64,000 nucleotides of DNA from an uncultured Pelagibacteraceae bacterium (lineage in GTDB: Bacteria; Pseudomonadota; Alphaproteobacteria; Pelagibacterales; AG-422-B15), in assembly GCA_902584215.1 (NCBI GenBank), contig CACHYW010000002.1:11506-75505 (forward strand). Reading direction: 5' to 3'. The notes under the pieces are model-generated. The model worked only from the letters and a program-made list of their open reading frames with translations, made no database searches and was not told the origin of the DNA. The position numbers and the translations under genes were made by a program. The first letter of the stretch is position 1. Each line of letters opens with the position of its first letter. Shown here piece after piece: positions 53,122-61,084 of this stretch.

Positions 53122-55068
53122 ATGTCAAGGTTGCTTTGGAACCCATCTAAGGAAAGAGTAAAAAAAACAAACCTATATAATTATTTTATTTTTTTAGAAG
53201 AAAAAAACAAAATTCAATTAAGTTTTGATTATAGTAAAATCTGGTCCTGGAGCATTAATCATCCTGTTGAATTTTGGTTAAGCTTAATAGATTATTTAGG
53301 TATAAAGTACAAAGGAAGCTCTAGCCCAGTTATTGAAAAGAATAAGTTTATATACAATCAAGAATTTTTTAAAAATATTAAAGTTAATTATGCAGAAAAT
53401 ATTTTATCTAATCTTAATTCATGCCCGATTACTTTTATCAATGAACTTGGTTTCAAGAAAAATTATTATAAGGAAGATTTAGTATCAAAAACGTCAACAT
53501 TAGCTAACTATTTTAGATCGATTGGGGTTAAAAAAGGAGACCGGATTGCGGCTGTTGCGGTAAACAGTGCTGAGACACTAATTGCATTTTTAGCAGTGAA
53601 CTCTATCGGGGCGATTTGGTCATCTTGCTCTCCAGATTTTGGCGAGATAGCTATTTTAGATCGTTTTAATCAAATAAAGCCAAAAGTATTATTATATTCT
53701 AAAATTTATTTATATGGCGGAAAAAAATTTGATATTGAAAAGAAAATAAAAAATGTAATCAATAATATCAAAACACTTGAACATACCATTTGTATTAATT
53801 ATCCAGACAAGAAGCTGGATAAAGGAATAGACGAAGTAAGTTTGAATTCAATTTTTCAAAAAAAAACTTATCAAGGAAAAATTATTTTTGAAGAAAACTC
53901 ATTTAATGACCCAATGTATATTCTTTATTCTAGTGGAACAACTGGTAAACCTAAATGTATAGTTCATAATACTGGTGGACCACTTTTACAACATGTAAAG
54001 GAGCAACAGCTTCACTGTGATCTCAAAATAGGTGATAAATTATTTTATTATACAACCTGTGGATGGATGATGTGGAATTGGCTTATTACAGGCTTAGCAT
54101 CAGGAGTTTCATTAGTACTTTATGATGGATCCCCATTTTATCCAGAGAAAGAAACCCTTTTTAAAATTGCTGAAGAAGAAGAAATAACATGCTTTGGAAC
54201 AAGTGCAAAATTTATTGACGCTTTGAGAAATGATAAGGTAAATATTTTAGAAAAATATAAATTAGATAAACTTCAATCAATATTAAGCACTGGGTCACCA
54301 CTTATAAGTGAGAGTTTTGAGTATGTTTACGAATTCATTAAAAAAGATATACATCTGGCGTCCATTAGTGGAGGGACAGACATTGTTTCTTGCTTTGTCG
54401 GTGGTAATCCAATGTTGCCAGTTTACTCTGGTGAAATACAAAGTAAGTGTCTTGGGGTAGATGTAGATGTCTTTGATGAAAAAGGTCAGGGTTCGCTTCA
54501 AAAAGGTGAATTGGTATGTAAATCACCGCTTCCATCTATGCCGATTGGATTTTGGGATGACTTAAATAAAGAGAAATATATCAAATCATACTTTTCAAAA
54601 TTTAAGAATGTATGGACACAAGGTGATTACGCTAAAATATCTCAAAATAATGGAATAGTCATTTATGGACGTTCAGACTCAACATTAAATCCTGGCGGAA
54701 TTAGAATTGGAACTGCCGAAATATATAGGTCTGTCGAGCAAATAGATGAAATTGTTGAATCTATTGTAGTTGGTCAGTACTGGAACAATGACACAAGAAT
54801 TATTTTATTTGTGAAACTCCAAAAGGATATTGAACTTGATCAAGTTATTACTGATAAAATTAAATATAATATTAGATCTTCTAATTCTATAAGACATGTA
54901 CCAGCAAAAATTATTAAAGTAAGTGATATACCTAGGACAAGAAGTGGCAAAATAGCAGAAATTACTGTGAGAGATATAATCAATGGCATGAATATAAAGA
55001 ATTTAGAGGCCTTAGCCAATCCTGCTTGTTTATCGGAATATGAAAATATTGAAGAATTAAAAAATTAG
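53122..55068 (+). CDS. Acetoacetyl-CoA synthetase (AMP-forming)
   Basis: The LW.P...W N-terminal pattern typical of AACS, AMP-binding motif YSSGTTGKPK; 648 aa. Confidence 0.8.
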   Translation: MSRLLWNPSKERVKKTNLYNYFIFLEEKNKIQLSFDYSKIWSWSINHPVEFWLSLIDYLGIKYKGSSSPVIEKNKFIYNQEFFKNIKVNYAENILSNLNSCPITFINELGFKKNYYKEDLVSKTSTLANYFRSIGVKKGDRIAAVAVNSAETLIAFLAVNSIGAIWSSCSPDFGEIAILDRFNQIKPKVLLYSKIYLYGGKKFDIEKKIKNVINNIKTLEHTICINYPDKKLDKGIDEVSLNSIFQKKTYQGKIIFEENSFNDPMYILYSSGTTGKPKCIVHNTGGPLLQHVKEQQLHCDLKIGDKLFYYTTCGWMMWNWLITGLASGVSLVLYDGSPFYPEKETLFKIAEEEEITCFGTSAKFIDALRNDKVNILEKYKLDKLQSILSTGSPLISESFEYVYEFIKKDIHLASISGGTDIVSCFVGGNPMLPVYSGEIQSKCLGVDVDVFDEKGQGSLQKGELVCKSPLPSMPIGFWDDLNKEKYIKSYFSKFKNVWTQGDYAKISQNNGIVIYGRSDSTLNPGGIRIGTAEIYRSVEQIDEIVESIVVGQYWNNDTRIILFVKLQKDIELDQVITDKIKYNIRSSNSIRHVPAKIIKVSDIPRTRSGKIAEITVRDIINGMNIKNLEALANPACLSEYENIEELKN

Positions 55069-55082
55069 TTTTATATTTTTTT

Positions 55083-56174
55083 ATGGATTTTAATTATGAC
55101 TCAAAAGAAATAAGGTTTTCTATTGGCGATGAGCAATATAAGCTTCATCCTTTATGGATGAGAGAACGCTCATTAGAAGAAGGAGCAGTCGATCAAAATT
55201 CACTACAACGACTATATGACCCAGAGAAAATCATTGAAAATTTAGAAATCAAAGAAGTAAATAAGTTAGACGAAGATAAACTATTAATTAAATTCTCAGA
55301 TAATCATGTAGCCAAGTATTGTATAAAAAACTTAATTAAAGAAATAAAGAGAGCAAAAGGACTTCCTGACAAAGTTTTTTGGAATAAAGACAGTATCTCA
55401 CTTAGAAAGTTTAAATTTGATTATAATACAAATGAAAATAAACAAATTTATGAGATATTAAAATATTACCATAGATACGGATTTGCAATTGTAAGCAAAC
55501 TCAAACCCGAAGATGGTGAGATTATAAATTTTGCAAAAAAAATTGGATATATAAGAGAAACAAATTTTGGAAAATTATTCAACGTTAAGTCTCAAAAACA
55601 ACCAAACGATTTAGCATATACATCCATTGAATTAGAGTCTCATACTGATAATCCATATCGAAAACCAGTACCTTCTATTCAGTTTCTTTTTTGTATTCAT
55701 AATAGTTGCCAAGGAGGCGACTCAACAATTGTTGATGGGTTTAAGGTTGCAGAAGACTTAAAAAATGAAAATCCAAATGCGTTTAACACTCTTACGAATA
55801 CTCTTATCAATTTTAAATTTAAAGACAAAGATGCTATATTGGAAAAAACTGGCAAGATTATCAAGTTAAGTGAGCGAGGAGAAATAAAGCAAATAAAGTA
55901 TAGTAACAGATTGGATTTTGTTTTTTATCAAGACCCTAAAATGCTTGATGAATTTTATGCGTCAAAAAGAGTGATGCACAAAATGATAAATTCTTCTAAA
56001 TATATATTCAAGTTTCGCTTAGAACCAGGAGATTTAATTATTATGAATAATTATCGAACACTTCATGGCAGAACAAGTTATAATACAGCTGAAGGCAATA
56101 GATGGCTGCAGGGATTATATATAGACCATGATTCCGCAGAAAGTAAGTTTAAATTATTGTCAGAGGAAATATAA
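55083..56174 (+). CDS. BBOX-like Fe(II)/2OG dioxygenase, TmpA-like candidate (trimethyl-aminoethylphosphonate hydroxylase)
   Basis: DUF971-type N-domain (LHPLWMRERS) with no Cys, triad H-T-D (ESHTDNPY) plus His (YRTLHGRTSY). Its stop directly abuts the ATG of an HD-domain gene. Confidence 0.55.
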   Translation: MDFNYDSKEIRFSIGDEQYKLHPLWMRERSLEEGAVDQNSLQRLYDPEKIIENLEIKEVNKLDEDKLLIKFSDNHVAKYCIKNLIKEIKRAKGLPDKVFWNKDSISLRKFKFDYNTNENKQIYEILKYYHRYGFAIVSKLKPEDGEIINFAKKIGYIRETNFGKLFNVKSQKQPNDLAYTSIELESHTDNPYRKPVPSIQFLFCIHNSCQGGDSTIVDGFKVAEDLKNENPNAFNTLTNTLINFKFKDKDAILEKTGKIIKLSERGEIKQIKYSNRLDFVFYQDPKMLDEFYASKRVMHKMINSSKYIFKFRLEPGDLIIMNNYRTLHGRTSYNTAEGNRWLQGLYIDHDSAESKFKLLSEEI

Positions 56175-56726
56175 ATGGAAAAAGTAAAATTTACTCAGAT
56201 GAAAGATGGCACAAAAGAAGATTATGATCTTTTAACTAAGTATGAAGAAAAGTTTTCAAAAGATCTTCCTGATAGAATATTAGACGCCTTGAGAAATTTA
56301 GATAGCTCAGTTGATGGTTATCAAGTCACAAGGTTAGAGCATTCACTTCAATCAGCAACTCGAGCTGAAAAAGATGGTGCAGATGAAGAAATGGTGGTGG
56401 CAACTCTTGTTCACGATATTGGAGATAATCTTGCCCCATATAATCATAGTCAACTTGTTGCTTCAGTTTTAAGGCCCTATGTTTCTGAAAAAGTATATTG
56501 GATTATGCTTCATCATGGGATTTTTCAAGAATATTACTATGCTCATCACATAGGGAGGGATCGTAATGCTAGAGAAAAATTTAGAGATCATCCTTACTAT
56601 CAAGATGCAGTGGACTTTTGTGAAAAGTGGGATCAAAAGTCATTTGATCCAGATTATGAATCCTATTCTCTTGAATATTTTGAACCAAAAGTAAGGAAGC
56701 TTTTCTCTAAGGAGCCAAATTTTTAG
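56175..56726 (+). CDS. HD-domain protein with diiron-oxygenase ligand pattern, TmpB/PhnZ-like candidate
   Basis: 183 aa with ordered ligands H (LEHSLQ), HD (LVHDIGD), H (YNHSQ), H (LHHG), D (CEKWD), as in HD-domain mixed-valent diiron oxygenases. Confidence 0.55.
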   Translation: MEKVKFTQMKDGTKEDYDLLTKYEEKFSKDLPDRILDALRNLDSSVDGYQVTRLEHSLQSATRAEKDGADEEMVVATLVHDIGDNLAPYNHSQLVASVLRPYVSEKVYWIMLHHGIFQEYYYAHHIGRDRNAREKFRDHPYYQDAVDFCEKWDQKSFDPDYESYSLEYFEPKVRKLFSKEPNF

Positions 56727-57850
56727 GCAATCTTTCTCACAATAACATTCCCCACAGAATAACCTGCCCCAAAAGAGCAAATAATTGCAAGATCATCTTT
56801 TTTTAGTGAGTTGTTATGTTTATGAAAAGCAATTATTGAACCTGCAGAACTTGTATTAGCATATTCGTCGAGTACGACGGGAGCCAGATCTCTAGATGCT
56901 TCTTTACCAAGTACATATTTAGAAATAAGAACATTCATATTTTCATTTGCTTGATGCAAGTACATTCCCTTTAAATCCTCGGCAGAAAGTTTATTTTCTT
57001 CTAAATGATCCTTTATTAAATTAGAAACTTTAGGTATAACTTCTTTGAATACTTTTCTTCCATTTTGATGAAACAGCTTGTCTGCCTTACCAACTCCTTC
57101 AGGAGACGAACTATTCAGAAATCCATAATTATTTCTTATATTATTAGAAAACTCTGTAAGGAGCTTTGTCCCAAGTATTTCATACGAATTATTTTTATTA
57201 ATTTCTTCATTTATTCTCTCTAAAACTACGGCTGTTGCAACATCACCAAAGATAAAATGACAGTCCCTGTCTTTGAAATTTAAATGACCAGTACAAATCT
57301 CTGGGTTGACCATTAAGGCTGATTTAATGCTTCCACTCTTTATCATGTCAAAAATGGTTTGAATTCCAAACGTAGCTGAGGAACAAGCAACATTCATGTC
57401 GAATGCAAACCCCTTTATGCCTAATTCATTTTGGATTTCAATAGCTATAGCTGGGTAGGCTCGTTCTAAATTTGAGCACGCTACAATTACCGCATCTAAC
57501 TCTTTAATATCGATTTGAGAATTCTTTATAGCTTCTTTGGCGGCAATTACTCCCATTTCTGCAAGATTAGATATTTGATCTTCAGATCTTTCAATAAGTC
57601 TTGGACGCATAAAGGATGTGTCCAAAATTCCTGATTTATTTTGAACATATCTAGATTTTACGCCTGATGCTTTTTCAATGAACTCAGAACTAGATTTTTC
57701 AAGTGGCTCCATACTTCCATTATTTATATTACTAGAGTTTGATAAATTATATTCATCCACATACTTATTGTATGAGTCGACTAATTCTTTGTTAGAAATT
57801 TTTTCTTTGGGTGTGTATAGTCCAGTTCCCGATATTTGTACTTTAAACAT
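56723..57850 (-). CDS. Beta-ketoacyl-ACP synthase III-like condensing enzyme (long FabH-like form)
   Basis: Cys-His-Asn triad in NVACSSATF, LHQANENM, YANTSSAGS; 375 aa. Confidence 0.7.
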   Translation of the reverse strand: MFKVQISGTGLYTPKEKISNKELVDSYNKYVDEYNLSNSSNINNGSMEPLEKSSSEFIEKASGVKSRYVQNKSGILDTSFMRPRLIERSEDQISNLAEMGVIAAKEAIKNSQIDIKELDAVIVACSNLERAYPAIAIEIQNELGIKGFAFDMNVACSSATFGIQTIFDMIKSGSIKSALMVNPEICTGHLNFKDRDCHFIFGDVATAVVLERINEEINKNNSYEILGTKLLTEFSNNIRNNYGFLNSSSPEGVGKADKLFHQNGRKVFKEVIPKVSNLIKDHLEENKLSAEDLKGMYLHQANENMNVLISKYVLGKEASRDLAPVVLDEYANTSSAGSIIAFHKHNNSLKKDDLAIICSFGAGYSVGNVIVRKIA

Positions 57851-57917
57851 TAAAATAATTATACTTAATGGAAACTGATTATGGCAATTAACTTTTTTAA
57901 CGGATTATTACAAGGTG

Positions 57918-57944
57918 TAACTGACCCCATATTGAGGTCAGTTA
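57918..57944. repeat. Perfect 9-bp inverted repeat with 9-nt spacer
   Basis: TAACTGACC-ccatattga-GGTCAGTTA in the KAS III upstream region. Confidence 0.6.
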
Positions 57945-57951
57945 AATATCT

Positions 57952-57970
57952 TTATATTCCTGGAATATAA
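57952..57970. repeat. Perfect 19-bp palindrome
   Basis: TTATATTCC-T-GGAATATAA, read directly from the sequence. Confidence 0.6.
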
Positions 57971-57994
57971 GGAACACCGTCGCCCTTAATTGTC

Positions 57995-58069
57995 TCATTT
58001 ATGCTTTGTAAAGTAGTACAAGCCGAAATCATGAAACTAAAAGCTAAAACTGTAAGAGTAGTTCGCATG
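57995..58069 (-). CDS. 24-codon hydrophobic micro-ORF with a strong SD (hypothetical)
   Basis: AGGAG 7 nt upstream of ATG; encodes MRTTLTVLAFSFMISALYYFTKHK. A 1-nt shift in a TTT run would give a 38-aa peptide with lipobox ISAC. Confidence 0.25.
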
Positions 58070-58109
58070 CTTATTCTCCTATTGATTTATAGATACTATA
58101 TTTATTTCA

Positions 58110-58388
58110 ATGCCAAATACAATTAATATATCAAGAAATATGAGATACTTTGTCTATATCATTGGTACAAAATACCCGAAAGTACAAACATATGTAGGTT
58201 GGAGTAATGATATTGATAAGAGACTTAAAGCACATAATGAGTCTAAAGGAGCAAAGTTTACAAGAGGATCTAAATGGAAATTGTTATATCAAGAAGAGTT
58301 ATCCTCTAAATCAGAAGCAATGAGAAGAGAGGCATATTTAAAAAAAGATAGACAATTAAGATCGCAGCTAAGAAATCAATTAATTTGA
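58110..58388 (+). CDS. GIY-YIG nuclease-family protein (UPF0213/YhbQ-like)
   Basis: YFVYII...TYVGWSNDIDKRLKAHN...GAKFTR motifs. The true start may be Met11 at 58140. Confidence 0.7.
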   Translation: MPNTINISRNMRYFVYIIGTKYPKVQTYVGWSNDIDKRLKAHNESKGAKFTRGSKWKLLYQEELSSKSEAMRREAYLKKDRQLRSQLRNQLI

Positions 58389-58802
58389 AATGCCATAATT
58401 GCTTCGACCTTTTTTTCTTAGTCCGTATGGTCCAGCGATATAAATAGTGACTGGTTTGATCCCAGGCTCTAAGTCAACTCTGTGCAGGTTATCAGCACTT
58501 CTAAATCCAATATAAAATTTTCCTCTCCAAGTTTTATTATTATTTTTATCTGTTTCCCAGTACCCTCCGCTAACAATAATTGTTATATATGGAAAAGGGT
58601 GATTATGAAGACCCACACCATGATCATCATCCAAAATATGATGTATTAATATATTAAAAGGAAACCAACGAGGCCTCTTTCTGAATAAGAGATAATATCT
58701 TGCTGTCCAAGGCTTTGCCAAGCAATATTCAGGATGCGATGGACCTCTATCCATAACAACTTTTTTCCTACCTAATTTTTCTAGTATCTTAAGTAAAAGC
58801 AT
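58380..58802 (-). CDS. Hypothetical protein with a cupin-like His cluster
   Basis: HGVGLHNHPFPY...GGYWE...LHRV. The start is moved to Met14 (58802) because the track start at 58841 would overlap tRNA-Arg. Confidence 0.35.
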   Translation of the reverse strand: MLLLKILEKLGRKKVVMDRGPSHPEYCLAKPWTARYYLLFRKRPRWFPFNILIHHILDDDHGVGLHNHPFPYITIIVSGGYWETDKNNNKTWRGKFYIGFRSADNLHRVDLEPGIKPVTIYIAGPYGLRKKGRSNYGISN

Positions 58803-58826
58803 GTTACTTGAAATAATAATATAGAT

Positions 58827-58903
58827 GCGTCCATAGCTCAACTGGATAGAGCATCAGACTTCGGATCTGAGGGTTGAGGGTTCGAATCCTTCTGGGCGCA
58901 CCA
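58827..58903 (+). tRNA. tRNA-Arg (anticodon TCG), CCA encoded
   Basis: Hand-folded: acceptor GCGTCCA/TGGGCGC, D arm GCTC-AACTGGATA-GAGC, anticodon stem TCAGA/TCTGA with loop CTTCGGA, T arm GAGGG-TTCGAAT-CCTTC. Confidence 0.9.
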
Positions 58904-58910
58904 AGAAAAT

Positions 58911-59510
58911 ATGAAGATATACAAACCATTTGGACCAACAATCGGAAAAACAAAATTACCTTTGAGAGCAGTTGCTCTCTTAAATAAATTTTCTGAACAG
59001 GTGTCTAATAATAAAAGACTTTTAAAAAGATATGATTATGACCACAGATTAGTAGGAAGCATGAAACAGCAATTTAGGATACCTTCAAAAATCTTAAAAA
59101 TTGGAATCGAAAAACAAATTATTAAATCTGTAAAAGATTATTATGATAAAACACTTAATATTAAAGTTAAAAAAATAAGAATTGAAAAAGCTTGGATCGT
59201 AAGTCAATTTGCTGGAGATTTTAATCCACCACATTTACATAGAGGCAATATTAGTGGGGTAGGGTATTTAAAGATACCGAACTCAATCAAACGTAATAAA
59301 GAAAAAGATTTAGCTGGTTTAATTTCTTTCTTTGATGGTCGAGTGTCTCTTCCAAGAAATAGCCCACCGCTTGTGAAACACAGAGAAACCTTTAAGCCCA
59401 GAGTGGGAGATTTATACATATTTCCATCATTTCTAATGCATGACGTTCACCCTTTTAGGGGAGATGGTGAAAGAAGGTGCTTCTCCTTTAATGCATTTGT
59501 TGATGCATAA
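58911..59510 (+). CDS. Putative 2OG-Fe(II) oxygenase (2OG-FeII_Oxy_5 / TIGR02466-like)
   Basis: FNPPHLHRGN...GYLKIP...GDLYIFPSFLMHDVHPF pattern. Confidence 0.6.
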   Translation: MKIYKPFGPTIGKTKLPLRAVALLNKFSEQVSNNKRLLKRYDYDHRLVGSMKQQFRIPSKILKIGIEKQIIKSVKDYYDKTLNIKVKKIRIEKAWIVSQFAGDFNPPHLHRGNISGVGYLKIPNSIKRNKEKDLAGLISFFDGRVSLPRNSPPLVKHRETFKPRVGDLYIFPSFLMHDVHPFRGDGERRCFSFNAFVDA

Positions 59511-59513
59511 GTC

Positions 59514-60152
59514 TTAATTAAGTAATAAATTTTTTTTCAAAATATTTTCAATTGACTTTTTTGAAATAGAGCCTTTTCTTAAAAGGTTTATTTTGTTTTT
59601 ATTCACCTCAACTAAAGTTGATTCTGCAAAGCTCATTCTCTCGCGACTGCTTATCGCATGCGTAACATCATCACTATGAAGTAGGCTTAGATGATTAATA
59701 TTATTAATATTTTTTTCTTGATGGATGTTCGCACTGGTAGTTGCGAGTGGTTTATTAACAGCCTTCAGTAAGTTCATTACATCTTTATTTTTTGGAATAC
59801 GAATGCCAATTTTTGAAAGCCTTTTATCACCGTTATAGATATTACGATTTTTTTTTCGAAGAATTAGCGTGAGAGGCCCAGGCCAGTAATGTGTTGCTAG
59901 TAACTCCTCAATATCGTTGAAATACGCATATTTTTTTGCTTCTTTCACGGACTTTACAAATAAAATAAGTGGATATGTTTTTGGTCTTTTCTTAATTTTA
60001 AAAATATTTTCAACTCCTAATTCATTCGTTGCATCTGCGGCAATACCATAAACTGTGTCCGTTGGTATAATTATTGTTTTACCATTCAGTAGACTTCTAG
60101 CAGCTAATTTAATAGAGTTTGTATTGGCTTTAATAATTTTATTTGAATTCAT
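59514..60152 (-). CDS. tsaC: L-threonylcarbamoyladenylate synthase (YrdC/Sua5 family)
   Basis: IIIPTDTVYGIAADATN and WPGPLTLIL motifs; 212 aa. Confidence 0.8.
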   Translation of the reverse strand: MNSNKIIKANTNSIKLAARSLLNGKTIIIPTDTVYGIAADATNELGVENIFKIKKRPKTYPLILFVKSVKEAKKYAYFNDIEELLATHYWPGPLTLILRKKNRNIYNGDKRLSKIGIRIPKNKDVMNLLKAVNKPLATTSANIHQEKNINNINHLSLLHSDDVTHAISSRERMSFAESTLVEVNKNKINLLRKGSISKKSIENILKKNLLLN

Positions 60153-60154
60153 TT

Positions 60155-61084
60155 ATGACACATACTTTTGTATATTTTGACGACTGTTTTAAAGGTCACG
60201 TACAATCCTTGGATTATCCAGAGTGTTCCGATCGTGTTCAAAATATCATTGAACTAATAAATAAAGAAGAGTTTAAAAATATAACAATTAAACAACCTAA
60301 TAAAATAGAGCAATCACTTATTTATGCTGCCCATGAAGAGAAATTTGTTAGGGAAACTCTAGCAAGATTTCCATCTGATGATCAAATAGTTTTCTTAGAT
60401 CAAGAAACTCCAGTCTCAAAAGGTTCTTTGGATGCAACCTTAAGAGCTGCGGGAGCGGGAATAGATGCTATAGAATCTATAATGAATAATAACAGTCAAA
60501 ATGCCTTTTGTATTGTAAGGCCACCTGGTCACCATGCATGTTATGATCGATCAATGGGTTTTTGTGTTTTTAATAATGTTGCAATTGCTGCACATTATCT
60601 AATTAATAAGTATAAGTTTAAAAATATAGCTATTATTGATTTTGATGTTCACCATGGAAATGGTACTCAAGATATATTCTTTAACAATTCAAAGGTTACT
60701 TATTACTCAACGCATCAGTATCCACTATATCCCGGTACGGGTGATGTAAATGAAATAGGAATAGGTAATATTGTTAATGTTCCACTTACATCTGGGACAA
60801 ATTCTGATAAATATCAGCAGATATTTGATGAAAGAATTGTAAAAAAATTAGAAGAGCAAAGACCAGATTTTGTTCTAATTTCTGCTGGGTTTGATGCACA
60901 TATAAAAGATCCTCTTGCTTCGCTAAATCTTGTTGAAAATGATTTCAGGCTAATTACTGGTAAGTTGAGAGAAATTGCTAATAAATATTGTGGTGGAAAA
61001 ATAATATCGATGCTTGAAGGTGGTTATGATATAAAAGCTCTAGAAAATTCAATGATTACGCATTTAAGTGAGCTTCAAAAATGA
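60155..61084 (+). CDS. Histone deacetylase-family amidohydrolase (AcuC/acetylpolyamine deacetylase-like)
   Basis: RPPGHHA, DFDVHHGNGTQ, EGGYD motifs. The ATG at 60155 is preferred to the track TTG at 60143. Confidence 0.8.
   Translation: MTHTFVYFDDCFKGHVQSLDYPECSDRVQNIIELINKEEFKNITIKQPNKIEQSLIYAAHEEKFVRETLARFPSDDQIVFLDQETPVSKGSLDATLRAAGAGIDAIESIMNNNSQNAFCIVRPPGHHACYDRSMGFCVFNNVAIAAHYLINKYKFKNIAIIDFDVHHGNGTQDIFFNNSKVTYYSTHQYPLYPGTGDVNEIGIGNIVNVPLTSGTNSDKYQQIFDERIVKKLEEQRPDFVLISAGFDAHIKDPLASLNLVENDFRLITGKLREIANKYCGGKIISMLEGGYDIKALENSMITHLSELQK

Noticed and set aside
58827-58903. tRNA-Arg as the attachment site of an integrated element.
   Set aside because: No integrase, excisionase or phage structural genes occur in the window. 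I could not find a second copy of the tRNA 3' segment nearby.
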